From Harriotta raleighana (Eukaryota), in contig JBNZDD010013698.1 in NCBI GenBank assembly GCA_050575255.1, forward strand, positions 5,776,314-5,840,313: 64,000 bases of DNA. Reading direction: 5' to 3'. The notes under the pieces are model-generated. The model was not told where the DNA came from. It did no database searches and saw only the letters and a program-made list of their open reading frames with translations. How positions within the stretch are numbered: position 1 is the first letter of the stretch; each line of letters begins with the position of its first letter. A program made the translations under genes and the position numbers. This document shows, piece after piece, positions 12,874 to 24,974 of the stretch.

Positions 12874-14103
12874 AACAACAACAACAAAATTACATTTATA
12901 GAGTGCCTTTTACATCGGGAGGACGTCCCAAGGTGCTGAACAGTTAAGAGTTGGGATGCCAGCAATTGGGTAGGGAAGAGATAAGGGTGTGGAGAGGCAG
13001 AGAGGTGGGAGGGCAGCTAAAGGCACAGTCAAAAAGGAGGGTCTTGAGATGGGCCTTGAAGGAGGTAGAGGAGGAAGTGAGGTGGAGGGACTGTGGGATC
13101 GAGTTCCAGAGTGTGGGGGCAAAGAAGCTGAAAGCCCGGTCACTGATGGTAGGATGGGTCTGGTGGGAGATATGGAGCAGACTGAACGGAGGGAGCGGGC
13201 AGATTGGTAGGGAGTCAGCATGTCGGAGAGGTAGGAGGGGGCAGCCTGAGGAGTGAGGCAGTGAAGGAGTCTGGCAATGTTGCAGAGGTGATGGAAGGCA
13301 ATACTGGTCATGGATGTGGGAGAGAAAGGACATTTCAGAGTCAAAAAAAAAAGATTCCTGACTGGCTTCATGAGGTGGAGTGTGCAGCCTTAGATGCTGA
13401 TGCTGCCAGCGCCTGAGGTGCGGAGGCGTTGACGCGAGCCGATCAGGAGAGCCTCGGTCTAGCTGATGTTGAGCTGGAGAAAGTTGTCCCTCGTCCAAGA
13501 CTTGATGTCGGACAGAGAGTCTGTCAGGACACCGGTAGTCCTGGTGTTCAAAGTGGAGGTGGAGAGGTAGAGCTGGGTGTCATCCCCAGACATGTGGACA
13601 ATTACGGTGGATTATGTCAGTGATGGGAGCATGTAGAGGGTGAAGACGAGGGAACCGAGTACAGAGCCCTGAGGAATGCTGCACAAGATGGTGCGGGAAC
13701 TGGAAGAAAAGCTGTTGGCAGAGACAAAGTGAAGACAGTTTGAAAGATAGGACCTGAACCAATCAAGGATGGAATCTTATAGGTTGAGGTGAGAGGAGAG
13801 GTGGTGGAGGAGGATTGAATGGTGTAAGGTGTCAAAGGTGGCAGAGAGGTTGTGGAGGAAGAGGAGGCAGAGAGAGCCCTGGTTACAGATAGTCAGGATG
13901 TCATTTGTGACCTTGACCAGAGCAGTTTCCATGCTGTGGGCAGCACGGAAGCCCAATTACAGGGGCTTGTGGAGGGGGTGGGATGGAGAGGAAAGAGCGA
14001 AGCTGGGAGTGAATGATTCTTTCAAGGACCTTGAACAGAAAAGGGAGGTTGGAGATGGATCAGTATTTGGAGAGCTGTGATGCATCAAGGGAAGGTTTCT
14101 TCA
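12874..14103 (-). mobile_element. L2 LINE fragment with degenerate reverse transcriptase
   Basis: Reverse complement encodes KPSLDASQLSKY..SNLPFLFKVLE, PQGSVLG and HMSGDDTQLYL (YADD decayed), then DRAFSFFAPTLWNSIP. Frameshifted and internally deleted. Confidence 0.9.
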
Positions 14104-14876
14104 GATTAGAGATTAGAGATCTCCAGGGCAGCAAGGCATTTTATCTCTCTCTGTACTTTAATGATCTGGTCAGTTATTGAAATTGCTCATCTGATTTCCT
14201 CTGAGGATATACATTCATCTGCAGTTTATTTTTTCCCCCTAAAACAGGCATAGAATATTGAAGCGATGCTTCATGTGAGACACTCCATAAATGTTTATGG
14301 TGGGTGTTCAGTGAAGCAGAATTTATTTTTCAAATCATAGTTTTCTCATCAGAAACATTTTTTAAAAAGAATGCTAATGGGTCTTTAGTATTTTACTTAA
14401 TTCCCAGATAGACACGTGAAGCAAATCAATTCTGATTTCTTAAATAGCCAACATTAAAATAAAAGCACAACAAAAAAATTCACCTTGAGTTATTCTGGTG
14501 ACTTTTTATGGTGAAGTTTTGTTGCCCTTCATGTATAGCGCTTATGAATGGAACATTTTTTCCCCCCATTTTTGCCACCTGGTGTTTCAAACAAAATATC
14601 TGGGTCATATAGTGCCTAAAGTGCCTTACTGGATATCCTCCTAACATGAAAGGCCATATGAGGTACAAATTGTCATGTATCGTAGGAAAATTAATTGCTT
14701 AACCCCAGAAACATTCTTGAGGTAAGTTAGCTTTTTTGAGAAGAACACACCATAAATATTTAAACTCAATCAAGTTAAAGAAAGACTAACACAAAGATAC
14801 AGAGGAACATCTTGTTGCATTAGCTTTCATGAAAAAAACATTTATGGAATTCCTAACCGATCATTTTCTTTTTCAG

Positions 14877-14982
14877 AAAAAAGTCACCTTAAATATGTTT
14901 TTGGACACAATGCTGGCTGATCCTCCTCCACAGTGCCTAGTCTGGTTACCACTGATGCACAGACTTGCCAATGTGGAAAATG
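14877..14982 (+). CDS. DTNB: beta-dystrobrevin coding exon, 106 bp
   Basis: Acceptor ttttctttttcag|, donor G|gtaagt. Translates [35 protein letters not shown]. Phase 0 start matches the previous exon. Confidence 0.96.
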
Positions 14983-15699
14983 GTAAGTTTGGGATATCAC
15001 ATGTGATGGCAGAGGTTATTTGTTTCAAAACTAATTCTAGAGTGAAAAGTACTCTTTCTTTCCCATTCCCCCACCCAAGGATTGGTGGCAAGTATTTGAT
15101 AACAAATGCAAAAATAGCTCAATGTCTTTGATTGGCAAATATGCATGTGTTTGAAATGACAACAGACACAGATTAGGACCAGGGTAGTGCTGGAAGGAGT
15201 TTTTAGCTCAGCCCAGTGCATATCATTCCGATGCAACTTGTCCAGCTCCCAATGGGAATATTTCCATTTCAGTTTGTTTCTGTTCCATTTTCCCATCAAA
15301 CCCATTTAGACAAGGGCATTGTCTTTGAATTTCTTTAAGACAAAACTATAGATTTTATAGGCGCCTGGAAGGTGATATCAGAGAAATTACTAGACTTTGT
15401 TCTGAAGTGTTTTTGTCTAAGTCTGGCCTTAGCCATTGCTAACAAAAACAACTTGCATTTTTGTAGCATCTTAACACTTTGTCATGTCAAGGCACATCAT
15501 GGGTATTTACTGTCATACCGACTTCATTGTAGGCAAAACATCAATTTCAGCAGAAACGTCCCACAATCAAAAGGTGATTGACTAATTGGTCTGAAGGAAT
15601 GTTAGTCTGGATATCACAAGAAACTCCCTTCTCTTCAAATAGTGCAATGGGTAAAGGATAGGGAGCAGAATTATGCCCTGGGTGATGGAATTCTCCATC

Positions 15700-16430
15700 G
15701 AGTGAAGACACATAAGGGCTACCAATGCCTAGTGGGATTGCAGGTGGAACAGGCTGTTAATATGGTAAACAGGATTCTGAGTTCCTAGTTTTCAAGAGCC
15801 ATTGAATACAGATGTAAGGATGTAATGACGAACCTGTAAGATTTTGATGAGGCTGTAGCTGGAGTATTGATTAAGCTATAGCTGGAGTATTGTGTGGAGT
15901 TTTGGTGGCTACATTAGGGAAAAGCACCTAAATAGTCTTTTATTGTTAAATTTACTTTGTATGAAATGATAGAAAGCACAGATTGTGACCAGGCTATTCT
16001 GGATACATATGTTTAGATCTTTGCAGCATTAAGTTAATCCAAAGGACAGAAGGTGGTTGAAGTGCAGTGTGGGATCATGAGGATGTTATTGGAGATGAAG
16101 GGATATATAAGGAGAGGCTACAGAGGTTAGGACAATGTCAGAGTAGAGAAAGTGGAAATGGAATATGATAGAGGGATATAAGATAATCAAATGGTTTGAA
16201 AGAATTAATTGTGGATAGTCTTTCTGCTAGCAGAGGATTCAAGGGCATGAATTCAAGATTGTGAGTAGGCGAGTTAGAGAAGACATTTGGAAGAACCTCT
16301 TGTCTCAGAGTGTTGTCAAAGTATGGAATGATTTGCTAGGGTTGCAGCAGCATTGGTTAAAGCATTTGAAAGAGAATTAAACTTGAACATAAGGAGGATG
16401 GAATTTTACATGATATGGGTAAACAGCAGG
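15700..16430 (+). mobile_element. Degenerate CR1 LINE ORF2 3' fragment
   Basis: ctggagtattgtgtggagttttgg (LEYCVxFW), tataaggagaggcta (YxERL) and cagagtgttgtcaaagtatggaat (xVVxxWN) are typical CR1 C-terminal motifs. Confidence 0.75.
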
Positions 16431-16440
16431 AAATCATTGT

Positions 16441-16515
16441 TGTGAAGCCCTCTGAGACGCCGTCCAGCATGGAGGGCACTATATAAATCAAAGTTGTTGT
16501 TGTTGTTGTTGTTAT
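16441..16515 (+). mobile_element. Short L2-type tail (second family)
   Basis: gagacgccgtccagcatggagggcactatataaatcaaag(ttg)n; related copies at 18021, 19247 and 63806. Confidence 0.7.
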
Positions 16516-17701
16516 TGAAATTACATTTAGAATGGATGGTTGCTCAGAAAATGTACTGAATCTAGTATTAATAACATAACCCCAAAATGGTTTGATGATC
16601 TGGAAATAAATACCAGAATAGTAATTAATGGTATGTATGCAAACACAACCGTCAATCTGTGCCAGCAATATCTGATGAATTACATGTGAAATTTAAATTT
16701 AAAATGAGTAAAACCTTTCATCTCCTATCCCTCATTTTTCTTCCTCTCTATCTCATGTTCACACTCGTCTAGTTTTTGATTGGGCTCTCAGGAAATTTAA
16801 TAAATAATATTGGATTTCCCCAAAGACTATATTTTCTAACATAGACTAAAATAATATTGCTTATTAAATGACTACTTCAGGATTTTCACTTCCCCACCTT
16901 TCGAGATCAAGAAATATCTGTAGAAAAATTGCTGAGGAGATTAATTTGGATAGGCTCTGTAAAATTGGGCAGATTGTACAAGATCTTTAAAAGGAATGGT
17001 TGGATGATGTGATAAGGTTTACTCATGCAACAATTTCTTATGTTTTAAGTTTTGAGTATTTGTGGTTTGATAACCTCTTTAAAAATATATAATTTGCTCT
17101 GTAATGAGTACAGTATCATTGTTATGCAATTTGACTATTGTTGCAAAGGAAATGTAATTCTTCTTAGAAATTGTATATGCTTTGCGGGCTTCAATCAATT
17201 CTGACTCCAAACAGCTATGAGTTTTTGCTTATTGTGGCCAGGCATTAAGGTTGAAAAGATGTTCTTCAGGAAAGTGGCCCCATTCATGACACGTCACACT
17301 ACAAAGTGTCCCTCTGGATAAAAGTCTATACTCGCCACAAACTCCTTGTACAAACTTAGCTTTGCATTGACCCACACAAACTTAGCTCTTAACCTGAGAT
17401 CACCTCAGAACTACCTTCTAACAAGTCAGGGTGATGTTCATGGGATACCTGTGGTGATTCTTTACTGAGGAGGTTTTTCTGGAGGAAGGAGCTATTTATG
17501 CCATTGTTTCCAATTCCAGGCACCACATCAAAGTGAAATGGACATTTACAATAGAAGCTTATTTGAATTGAGTAACCTTTAACTAAATTTTACTGTGGGA
17601 ACCAATTTTTCAATTGAGTTCAGTTCCTACTGCAGAGTGAATTTCTCAACAGTGAATATTCAGAATATTTCTAAAGGATAATAATAACTAACATTCATAT
17701 A

Positions 17702-17900
17702 CAGTAAAACCTTGATAATCCGACATTCCAAATGCTGGCAACTCCCTAAAACTGGCAAGATTTCAAAATACAACAGCGGCCTGTAGTTCATGCCCTGGCA
17801 ACTCTGTCATCCAGCGCTGTGGTTGGAGCTAGAGCATATTTTGGCTTCAGTGCTGGCGTATGGGACGGGGCTTCTCCAGCCATTTGCTTTGCTGTTTGAT
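17702..17900. mobile_element. Tigger-like MITE fragment (one end)
   Basis: TA followed by cagtaaaaccttgataatccg, a TIR-like start; the other end was not found. Confidence 0.5.
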
Positions 17901-17914
17901 ATGGTGGCTTTTCG

Positions 17915-18230
17915 CCTTCTAGAAGTCTCAAAGTGCTTCACAGTACTGTAAAGTGAATTCTCTGTTTATTTGTGGGTGACATGTGGCAGCCAGTTGTGCA
18001 CAGCAGAGTCCCACAAACAACAACAACAGCTTTGATTTATATAGCGCCCTCCACGCTGGATGGCGTCTCAAAGCGCTTCAGGTGTCCCACAAACAATCGT
18101 GAATTGAAATGACAAGTTTATTATAGGTTTTTTTTAGGGATTAGTATTAGGCATGTGGAGAATGGAAACTTGCTCAAGGTTTCGCCCTGCTTGAATTCGA
18201 ACACAGGTCTCATATTTGTATGGCGAGTGC
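17915..18230 (-). mobile_element. SINE with a nested 63 bp L2-tail insertion
   Basis: SINE core is split by 18021-18083, flanked by TSD gtcccacaaacaa (18008-18020, 18084-18096). Confidence 0.8.
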
Positions 18231-18310
18231 AATCCTTAGATTAAAAATGTAAGTGATTGAATGTTATATATATTAGCCTAAGTGCTTTGATTTCTTCCTC
18301 TCCCCTGCAG

Positions 18311-18477
18311 TCTTCCATCCGGTGGAGTGCTCGCACTGTCAAAGTGACAGTATGATGGGTTTCCGGTACCGTTGCCAACAGTGCCACAACTACCAGCTCT
18401 GCCAGACCTGCTTCTGGCGTGGTTATGCCAGTGGCTCCCATAGCAACCAGCACCAAATGAAGGAACACTCCTCTTGG
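18311..18477 (+). CDS. DTNB: beta-dystrobrevin ZZ-type zinc finger exon, 167 bp
   Basis: Acceptor ttcctctcccctgcag|, donor TGG|gtaagc. Translates (V)[55 protein letters not shown], with three CxxC motifs plus HxxxH. Phase 1 start matches. Confidence 0.97.
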
Positions 18478-18654
18478 GTAAGCACCAGATTGCACGAGGC
18501 GATTGTGAAAGCTTGCAGCTCCGAGTGTTTGTTCTTATGGTTTTTGTGCAATTACCCTTTGCAGACGAGCACACTCGAGGTTGACCTGGTCTAGATCCAG
18601 CCGTTCACTGTCTTTCTCTTACCTCCCAACATTCTGACCCACAGTGCCATCCAG

Positions 18655-18950
18655 TTTACAATTATGTAGCACCTTTCACTTCCTAAAGAGCAATCACAGT
18701 GCTGGATGGGCCCCTAAAATGGGGTTAGGTGCTGAGGGAGATGGAGAGGGAAAAGATGTTTGAAAATGCCAAGGAGGTTCATTTTGAGACATGCCTTGAA
18801 TGAGGGGAGGAATGGAGTCAGAAGGTTTCGAGGATGGATTTCCAGAGATTGTTGGCAGAATGTTTGAAAGCCTGACTGCTGATGGTGAGGCAGATAGGGC
18901 AGAGAACATGAAGCAGGCTAGTGCTCATAGAGAGAAGCGAGTGGGTAGGG
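18655..18950 (-). mobile_element. Degenerate L2 3' fragment
   Basis: atttatg-like tail and ttgagacatgccttgaatgagg...ttccagag... as in the other L2 copies. Confidence 0.55.
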
Positions 18951-19054
18951 TCAGTGGAATTGCCAATTGAATTAGAACTACCTCTTAGTATATGAATAAA
19001 AGCTCAGACCTCAAGCTCCTCAGAATTCGAACAACTAGCCTACTCACAAATATA

Positions 19055-19982
19055 AACCAAATGCAAAATACCGCAAATGCTAAAGATCTGAAACAGAACA
19101 GGCATACCAGAGAGAGAAAAGATATGTCTGGGACCCGAATGACGTGGTAATGATCACAGAAGAGTGGGATGGGGTGAAGGAAGGTGAGTTGTTATGGTCT
19201 GAAATTGTTTAAATCAATATTGAGGCCAGAGGGCTTTAAGGTCCCTACAACAACAACAACAAAGCTTCGATTTATAGAGCGCCCTCCACGCTGGACGGCG
19301 CATCAGAGTGTTTCACAATAACAGATCCCGGGGGCGAGCCAGGGGCAGGGGGAAAAAGGTGACCAAAGGCACGGTCGAAGAGAAAGGTGTTTAGTTGAGA
19401 CCTGAAGGTGCCTTGGCAGATGGATAAGGTGCTGTTCCTTGAGCTTGCACTGTGTGTGATTTATTGGAACAGCACAGTAGACTGTGGATGGAGAGGTCAG
19501 TCTACGAGTGGGAAGGAGAGTTGAAGTGGCAAAAAAATCAGAAGCTCAGGGTTGAGTTGCGGACAGAATGAAGGTGTGCAGCAAATCGGTCTCCCCAATG
19601 TAGAGACCATATTGTGAACAGTGAATGCAGTATCCTACATTGGTGATGATAAACATAAATTACTGTCTCACATCAGCCTCTGGGCCTAAACTCTCCTGTT
19701 ATGTTGCAATCCCCCTCCCCCCACTTTGTTTTACACCATTAACACCACCTTAACCCATCATTTCTTGCCCTCTAAACCATTTTTGCCTTTGTCTTCCTTG
19801 CCCTGCCTCCCCCCACTTTGTCTTCCTTGCCCTGCCTCCCCCCACTTCTGTTATACCTTAAAAAGTCTCTCCCTCCCAATGTGCCTCAGTTTTGATAAAG
19901 GGTCATGGACTTGAAACGTTGACTCACTTTCCTTTCTCCATAGATGCTGCCTGACTTGCTGTTCCCAGCGACTTCACTTTTT
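19055..19982. mobile_element. Penelope-like element remnant: GIY-YIG endonuclease (minus strand) plus inverted terminal copy
   Basis: Reverse complement of ~19195-19670 gives frameshifted NVGYCIHCSQYGLYIGET..RFAAHLHSVR..HFNSPSHS..KLKEQHLI..LKPSGLNID. The terminal repeat with a decayed hammerhead core is on the + strand at ~19888-19980. Confidence 0.8.
19247..19404 (-). mobile_element. L2 3' end inserted into the Penelope remnant
   Basis: (CAA)n tail; near-perfect TSD aaggtccct / aaggtgcct (19238-19246, 19405-19413). Confidence 0.75.
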
Positions 19983-21554
19983 ACTTACAAATATATTTGT
20001 TTACAAATATATGCTTTCACTGGGTTATTATGCAGGGTAGAAAATGACCTTGAATTTAACTTTGCATCGTATCATGTTGTTGAACATCTCAAAGCTCTTT
20101 ATAGGGTATAATAACGTTAGTCTTCTAACTGACTAACCGTCCGACCGACCGACTGACTGTGAATGTCCACATATCACGTAGTCCCTCTTGTGAAATGCTT
20201 TCGGACATCTTCCCAACGTGAAAGCCACTGATTGTTATTATGTATTTATAAATGGAAGGAGTAGGGAATGTGCACATAGTAATATCCCACAGATAGCTCT
20301 GACGTGGATGACTAATGTTCAGCTACAAAACACGGGATATTACTGTGATGTGCTTTTGAACATCTCCATGAGGCGACAATGTGTTAAATGCAAAGATTCT
20401 TCTATATTTTACGTAGAGGATTGTTAGCTAGGACACTGGGAGAAATTTACTTCAAGTAGTATTATGTAATCGCTAATGTCCACCTGAATAGAAATACACA
20501 ACCTTAGTTTAATGTTTGATCTTATTGACAATAGGGTGTCAGCATGGACTATGAGTAATCCTGACATGGGACTTGAACCAATAACCTCCTGACTCAGAGG
20601 CAAGGCTGTTACTGAGGCTGCCCTCAGATATAATCTCTTATAAATTACTTTCCATGCCCTAAAATTTTACTTGCTGCACTACTGTATAAATATGGTTTCA
20701 AGTGCACTTAAAGCTCTGCTCTCAATTACTAATAGCAGATTGAATATAATTGAAGTTCACTAAGCTATGCCTTAAAGGATTCTGAGTGTAGAAAGCTTTT
20801 TTAAAATTTTTCTTCAAGGTTTAAATTGTCTTAAAATATTGGTGTTAAGTTTTCTCACAAGTCGCTTGCAGGAACAAATTAACATTTGCATGGGTCAGCA
20901 TGTAAAATGTATAATCCCTTGTGCTGCTGGCCAAAAAAACAAAAGTTTTACAAATTGGCACTTTTTTGTTGGATAATTTATTTCCTGTTATTTCTTTAAA
21001 ATATTTCAAAATAAATGGAATAAATACTGCTTCCTAAAAGCATTGTAAAGTGTAATGTCCTTTACTGTTTACTGCATGAGTCAATTATCTGGATGTGGAA
21101 GCAAGCCTAATTTTTAAAAAAAATTCTGAGTCTTATTTGGTTCCATTAAAAAAAATCTGCTTGTTTGAACTAGTAACATCTGAAGAACATCTGTCAGTGA
21201 CAATTATGCAAAANAAGCCTAATTTTTTTTAAAATTCTGAGTCTTATTTGGTTCCATTCAAAAAAATCTGCTTATTTGAACTAGTAACATCTGAAGAACA
21301 TCTGTCAGTGACAATTATGCAAAATTGTCTGTCAAGAGAAATGAACAAATAGAGCCATAGTAATACCAGACTTGTCTTCTGATAGCCTGTGAAGTTATGA
21401 TCACTCAACCCAGTCTTGGAGAGAGACCAGAGAAAGTAGGTTAAAAATAGACAGATCATATACATTTCCAGTAGGTAGCTTGGAAGTGGATGTTGGAAAT
21501 GTATTTTTTTCACAAATGTTTTTTAAACAATGGTAGCGTTTAATCACTAATTAA

Positions 21555-22010
21555 AATAATCCTTACATTTGATATAGTGGCTAGTCACATCATTGAGACG
21601 TCTCAAATCGCTTCACAGAATATACTGTTGAGTGAATTGACTGTATATTTTGTGGGCGAAACGTGGCAGCCAATTGCACACAGCAGTGTCCCGCAAACAG
21701 TCGTGGATTGAATGTCCAATTTATTTATTTATTTAATGGAAGGGATTATTAATCCTGGAAAAGAGCAGGGTCATACATATTGCCAGATAAACAGAGGAGC
21801 ATGGGATAAAGTAACCTTTGTAAGGTTTTGCTGTCCAATTTATTTATTTATTTAATGGAAGGGATTATTAATCCTGGAAAAGAGCAGGGTCATACATATT
21901 GCCAGATAAACAGAGGAGCATGGGATAAAGTAACCTTTGTAAGGTTTTGCCATGCCTGGGAATCAAACCCGGGTGCAAGGTGAATGCTCTAACCACTATG
22001 TTACAGGACT
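21555..22010 (-). mobile_element. tRNA-derived SINE with internal tandem duplication
   Basis: Tail, Deu core and head (gctctaaccact...acaggact) are present. Confidence 0.85.
21713..21950. repeat. 119 bp x2 perfect tandem duplication
   Basis: 21713-21831 reads identical to 21832-21950. Confidence 0.9.
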
Positions 22011-22049
22011 TATAAGGCAACAAGATATAAATAGTCCCAATACACTGAA

Positions 22050-22340
22050 ATGAAGAAGGGTAGATGTGAAGGGCACTGTGTCTGAAATGTTTCTGCAGTT
22101 CATTGAAAGCAAGGGCGGTAGCTGGAGAATGGCTGGTGTTGTTACACTTTTTAAATGGAATCAGAAGCATGGCTCTAGGAATTAATAAGCTTCTTAGCTT
22201 GACATCAACAGTAGAAAAAAAACAATAAAGATATTATAAAAGAAACAATTGAGGCACATGTTTACAAAAGTCAACCAAATAAGTTGAAGCTTTATTAAGC
22301 TTTTTTTTAAAGGCAAGTTATGCCTCGCTAATTTCTATTA
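22050..22340 (+). mobile_element. Degenerate CR1 RT fragment
   Basis: tggagaatggct..gttacactttttaaa..ggaatta..agcttgacatca..ggcaagttatgcctcgctaatt corresponds to W+.A.V..LFK / GNY..SLTS / GKxCLxN. Confidence 0.6.
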
Positions 22341-22659
22341 GATAGTGACACAGTTGCTGATCAGCTAGGGATTAGAAATGCAACATTACATTGATAAATG
22401 ATCAGATTTTTCTGTATTAAACAATATTAAATTGGCACTGAAAGAGATTTTGAGTTTGATGAAATAATTGTATCTGCTGAGCGCAGTCGGAAGTCCAGCT
22501 GGTTTGATTTAGTGTCCATTTCAGATAAGTGGTATTTCAACAAGCAATATCTTATTATTTATTCATTTCCTAGAAGCTATTTGGCAAGCTATTCAGACAA
22601 CAGATTTGTGACCAAAGAGAAACAAACCTGTTAGGATTAAGGGATGTAGGGGATGTGAA

Positions 22660-23210
22660 GTACTTTAGTAATTAGAGTATTCGCCTTGCAAACGAGAATC
22701 TGGGTTTGATTTCAGGGCAAGGCGAAACATTGGGCAAGTTTCCTTACTCCACATGCCCCTGTTTACTTAGCAGTAATTAGGAACCTGCTTGTTAGTCAAT
22801 TGCCGGTCTAATTTTCTGAGGGTAATAATCCATTAAAAATTTTAGAAAAATAATAATATAGTTGTCACACTGCTTTGAATACATTTTGCTACATTTTGCT
22901 CACAAAATAAATAAATAATAATCCTTGCATTTCATGTAGTGCTTTTCACGCCATCTAGACGTCTCAAAGCACTTCACAGAATATACTGTAAAGTGAATTG
23001 ACAGTATATTTACGGGAGAAATGCGGCAGCCAATTGTGAACAGCAATGTCCCACAAACAGACGTGGATTGAAACGACCAATTTTTTTTCATGACGGGATT
23101 ATTATATAGATTCAATTATACAGTCAATTCACTTTACAGTGTATTCTATGAAGAGCTTCAAGATGTCTCAAAGATACGATAAGGCAAATGCAAAGATTAT
23201 TATATTATTA
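22660..23210. mobile_element. Cluster of partial SINEs in alternating orientation
   Basis: + head part ~22660-22835, - 3' half ~22908-23105, + tail ~23117-23210. Confidence 0.75.
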
Positions 23211-23439
23211 TAATAAACAGAAATAATAAATTAGCAAAGAATGCGATCAATTAAACTTATTCTAATTCAGTCTGTAGCTCGTATAAACATGAGATGTGGA
23301 AGTTCGTCACACAGGATGAGGCAACAGCTGCAAAGCAAAACAATATATTGGGTAAATGCACACAAGTGCAATGCATTGAAACCAAAATCAATAGGGCGTT
23401 CGTGAAACCAAACACAGAGAGTGTTTTGTTTATTGTTGG

Positions 23440-23622
23440 TAATGCTTTATTGGTAATTATCCATACAATATTCTGTTGCTATTTAGTGTATTATTAACAT
23501 GATATGCTTTAAAATAAGTTAATTTTTTATGTTGGTTTTTCGACAACTTGCCGCCTGTTTATCCGGCACAGTCAATTTGTCGCCCCCCCCACCAAGGGTG
23601 CTGGATAAATGGGGTTTTACTG
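23440..23622. mobile_element. MITE family A, partial copy
   Basis: Ends ggataaatggggttttactg+TA; internal sequence matches 48120-48331. Confidence 0.75.
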
Positions 23623-23987
23623 TAACTTGATTTCCATAGAGCTTTAGTATATCCAAATATCTCGAAGCACTGTATAGTATTTATTGCCAAATCTGCAAAC
23701 TTTTTTCTAGGCAAACACATCAGCTATTTTAGACTAGCATGGGCCCACAAACAGAGGTGTGATGTATGACCAATAAATCTGGAGGATTATTGGCTAAAAC
23801 ACCGGGTGAGGAACTGTTTGAGAAATGTGAAACGACCTTTAACATCCACCTGAACTGACAGTTGGAACATCGATTTAACATTTCATACAAAGCAAAATAG
23901 TCTCTGACAATAACAACCTGATGTGTACACTTGAACCTGATGTGAGGGCTATGCTCCCCGCTCTTTCTAGTCAGAACATAAACATCA

Positions 23988-24302
23988 TAATAATAACAAT
24001 CCTTGCATTTGATATAGCGCTTTTCATGTCTCCTAGACATCTTAAAGTGCTTCACAGAATATACTGTAAAGTAAATTGACTGTATATTTGTGGGCGAAAC
24101 ATGGCAGACAATTGCGTACAGCAGTGTCTCACAAACAGTTGTGGATTGAAGTGATCAATTTTGTTACTTTTTTTTGTCTTGAGCGATTATTATCAGGCGT
24201 ATGGAATAAGGAAAACTTGGCCAAGGTTTCACCCTGCTGGGAATTAAACCCAGGTCTCTCGCTTGCGAGGCGAATGCTCTAACCATTGAACTATAGGGCT
24301 CC
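23988..24302 (-). mobile_element. tRNA-derived SINE
   Basis: Complete tail, core and head on the minus strand. Confidence 0.88.
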
Positions 24303-24974
24303 TGTGTAAGTGTAAAATCTCTGGAACCCCTCAAGCTTTCAGATGTATTTTTGGACAAGATTTGAAAAAGAATCATGAATGGTATCAAGCCAGATATTTT
24401 TCCCCCAGAATTTCATTTTAATTGGATGCTCTGAATTTTTTAATGCTTCTGTTACTTTGTAATGCTTTAATCTTTATTTAATTACCTTAAATTCTTAATT
24501 TGGTATTTCATAGCCATGATGGTATCTTCCCTCATTACTTCTGTCCTTTGAAATGTTGCAGTTCTCAATCAAGCTGCAGTTCCAACGGTGGTGGTATCCC
24601 TTTGGTATCTCATCCAAATGACATTTGTTTGTGTGAAGCGATATTTTCAGAAAGGGCAATAGAGCTAAGATTGTTCCCACCCAAGCCTAACATCCACACT
24701 CCTTTCCAGGAGGAATCATTGGATGGCAATTGAGAGTGGGAAGCCTGGCTGAATCTTTTGATATAGCTGAACTTTCTCATTGACAGCCATGGGGTACAGA
24801 AGGTAATAGAGTGTCCACCAATATCTTTGCTACAAGCAGCTAACCGCACTGATCAGGCCCATTCCTGGTTTATGTTGCTCATTGCTACATTGGCCTTCAA
24901 TCGACTAATTTTAGCACCTTAATGTTAAACAATGAATCTTGCTAGCCATATTTCTTCAGAACTGGCATTCTAAC

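Noticed and set aside
18421-18430. RGY instead of the RGH recalled for mammalian dystrobrevins in the ZZ domain
   Set aside because: The CxxC and HxxxH ligand pattern is intact, so this is probably an ordinary substitution.
21103-21323. ~110 bp tandem duplication
   Set aside because: The junction is exactly a single n (21214) and the copies differ by a few SNPs; typical of unmerged contig or haplotype overlap.
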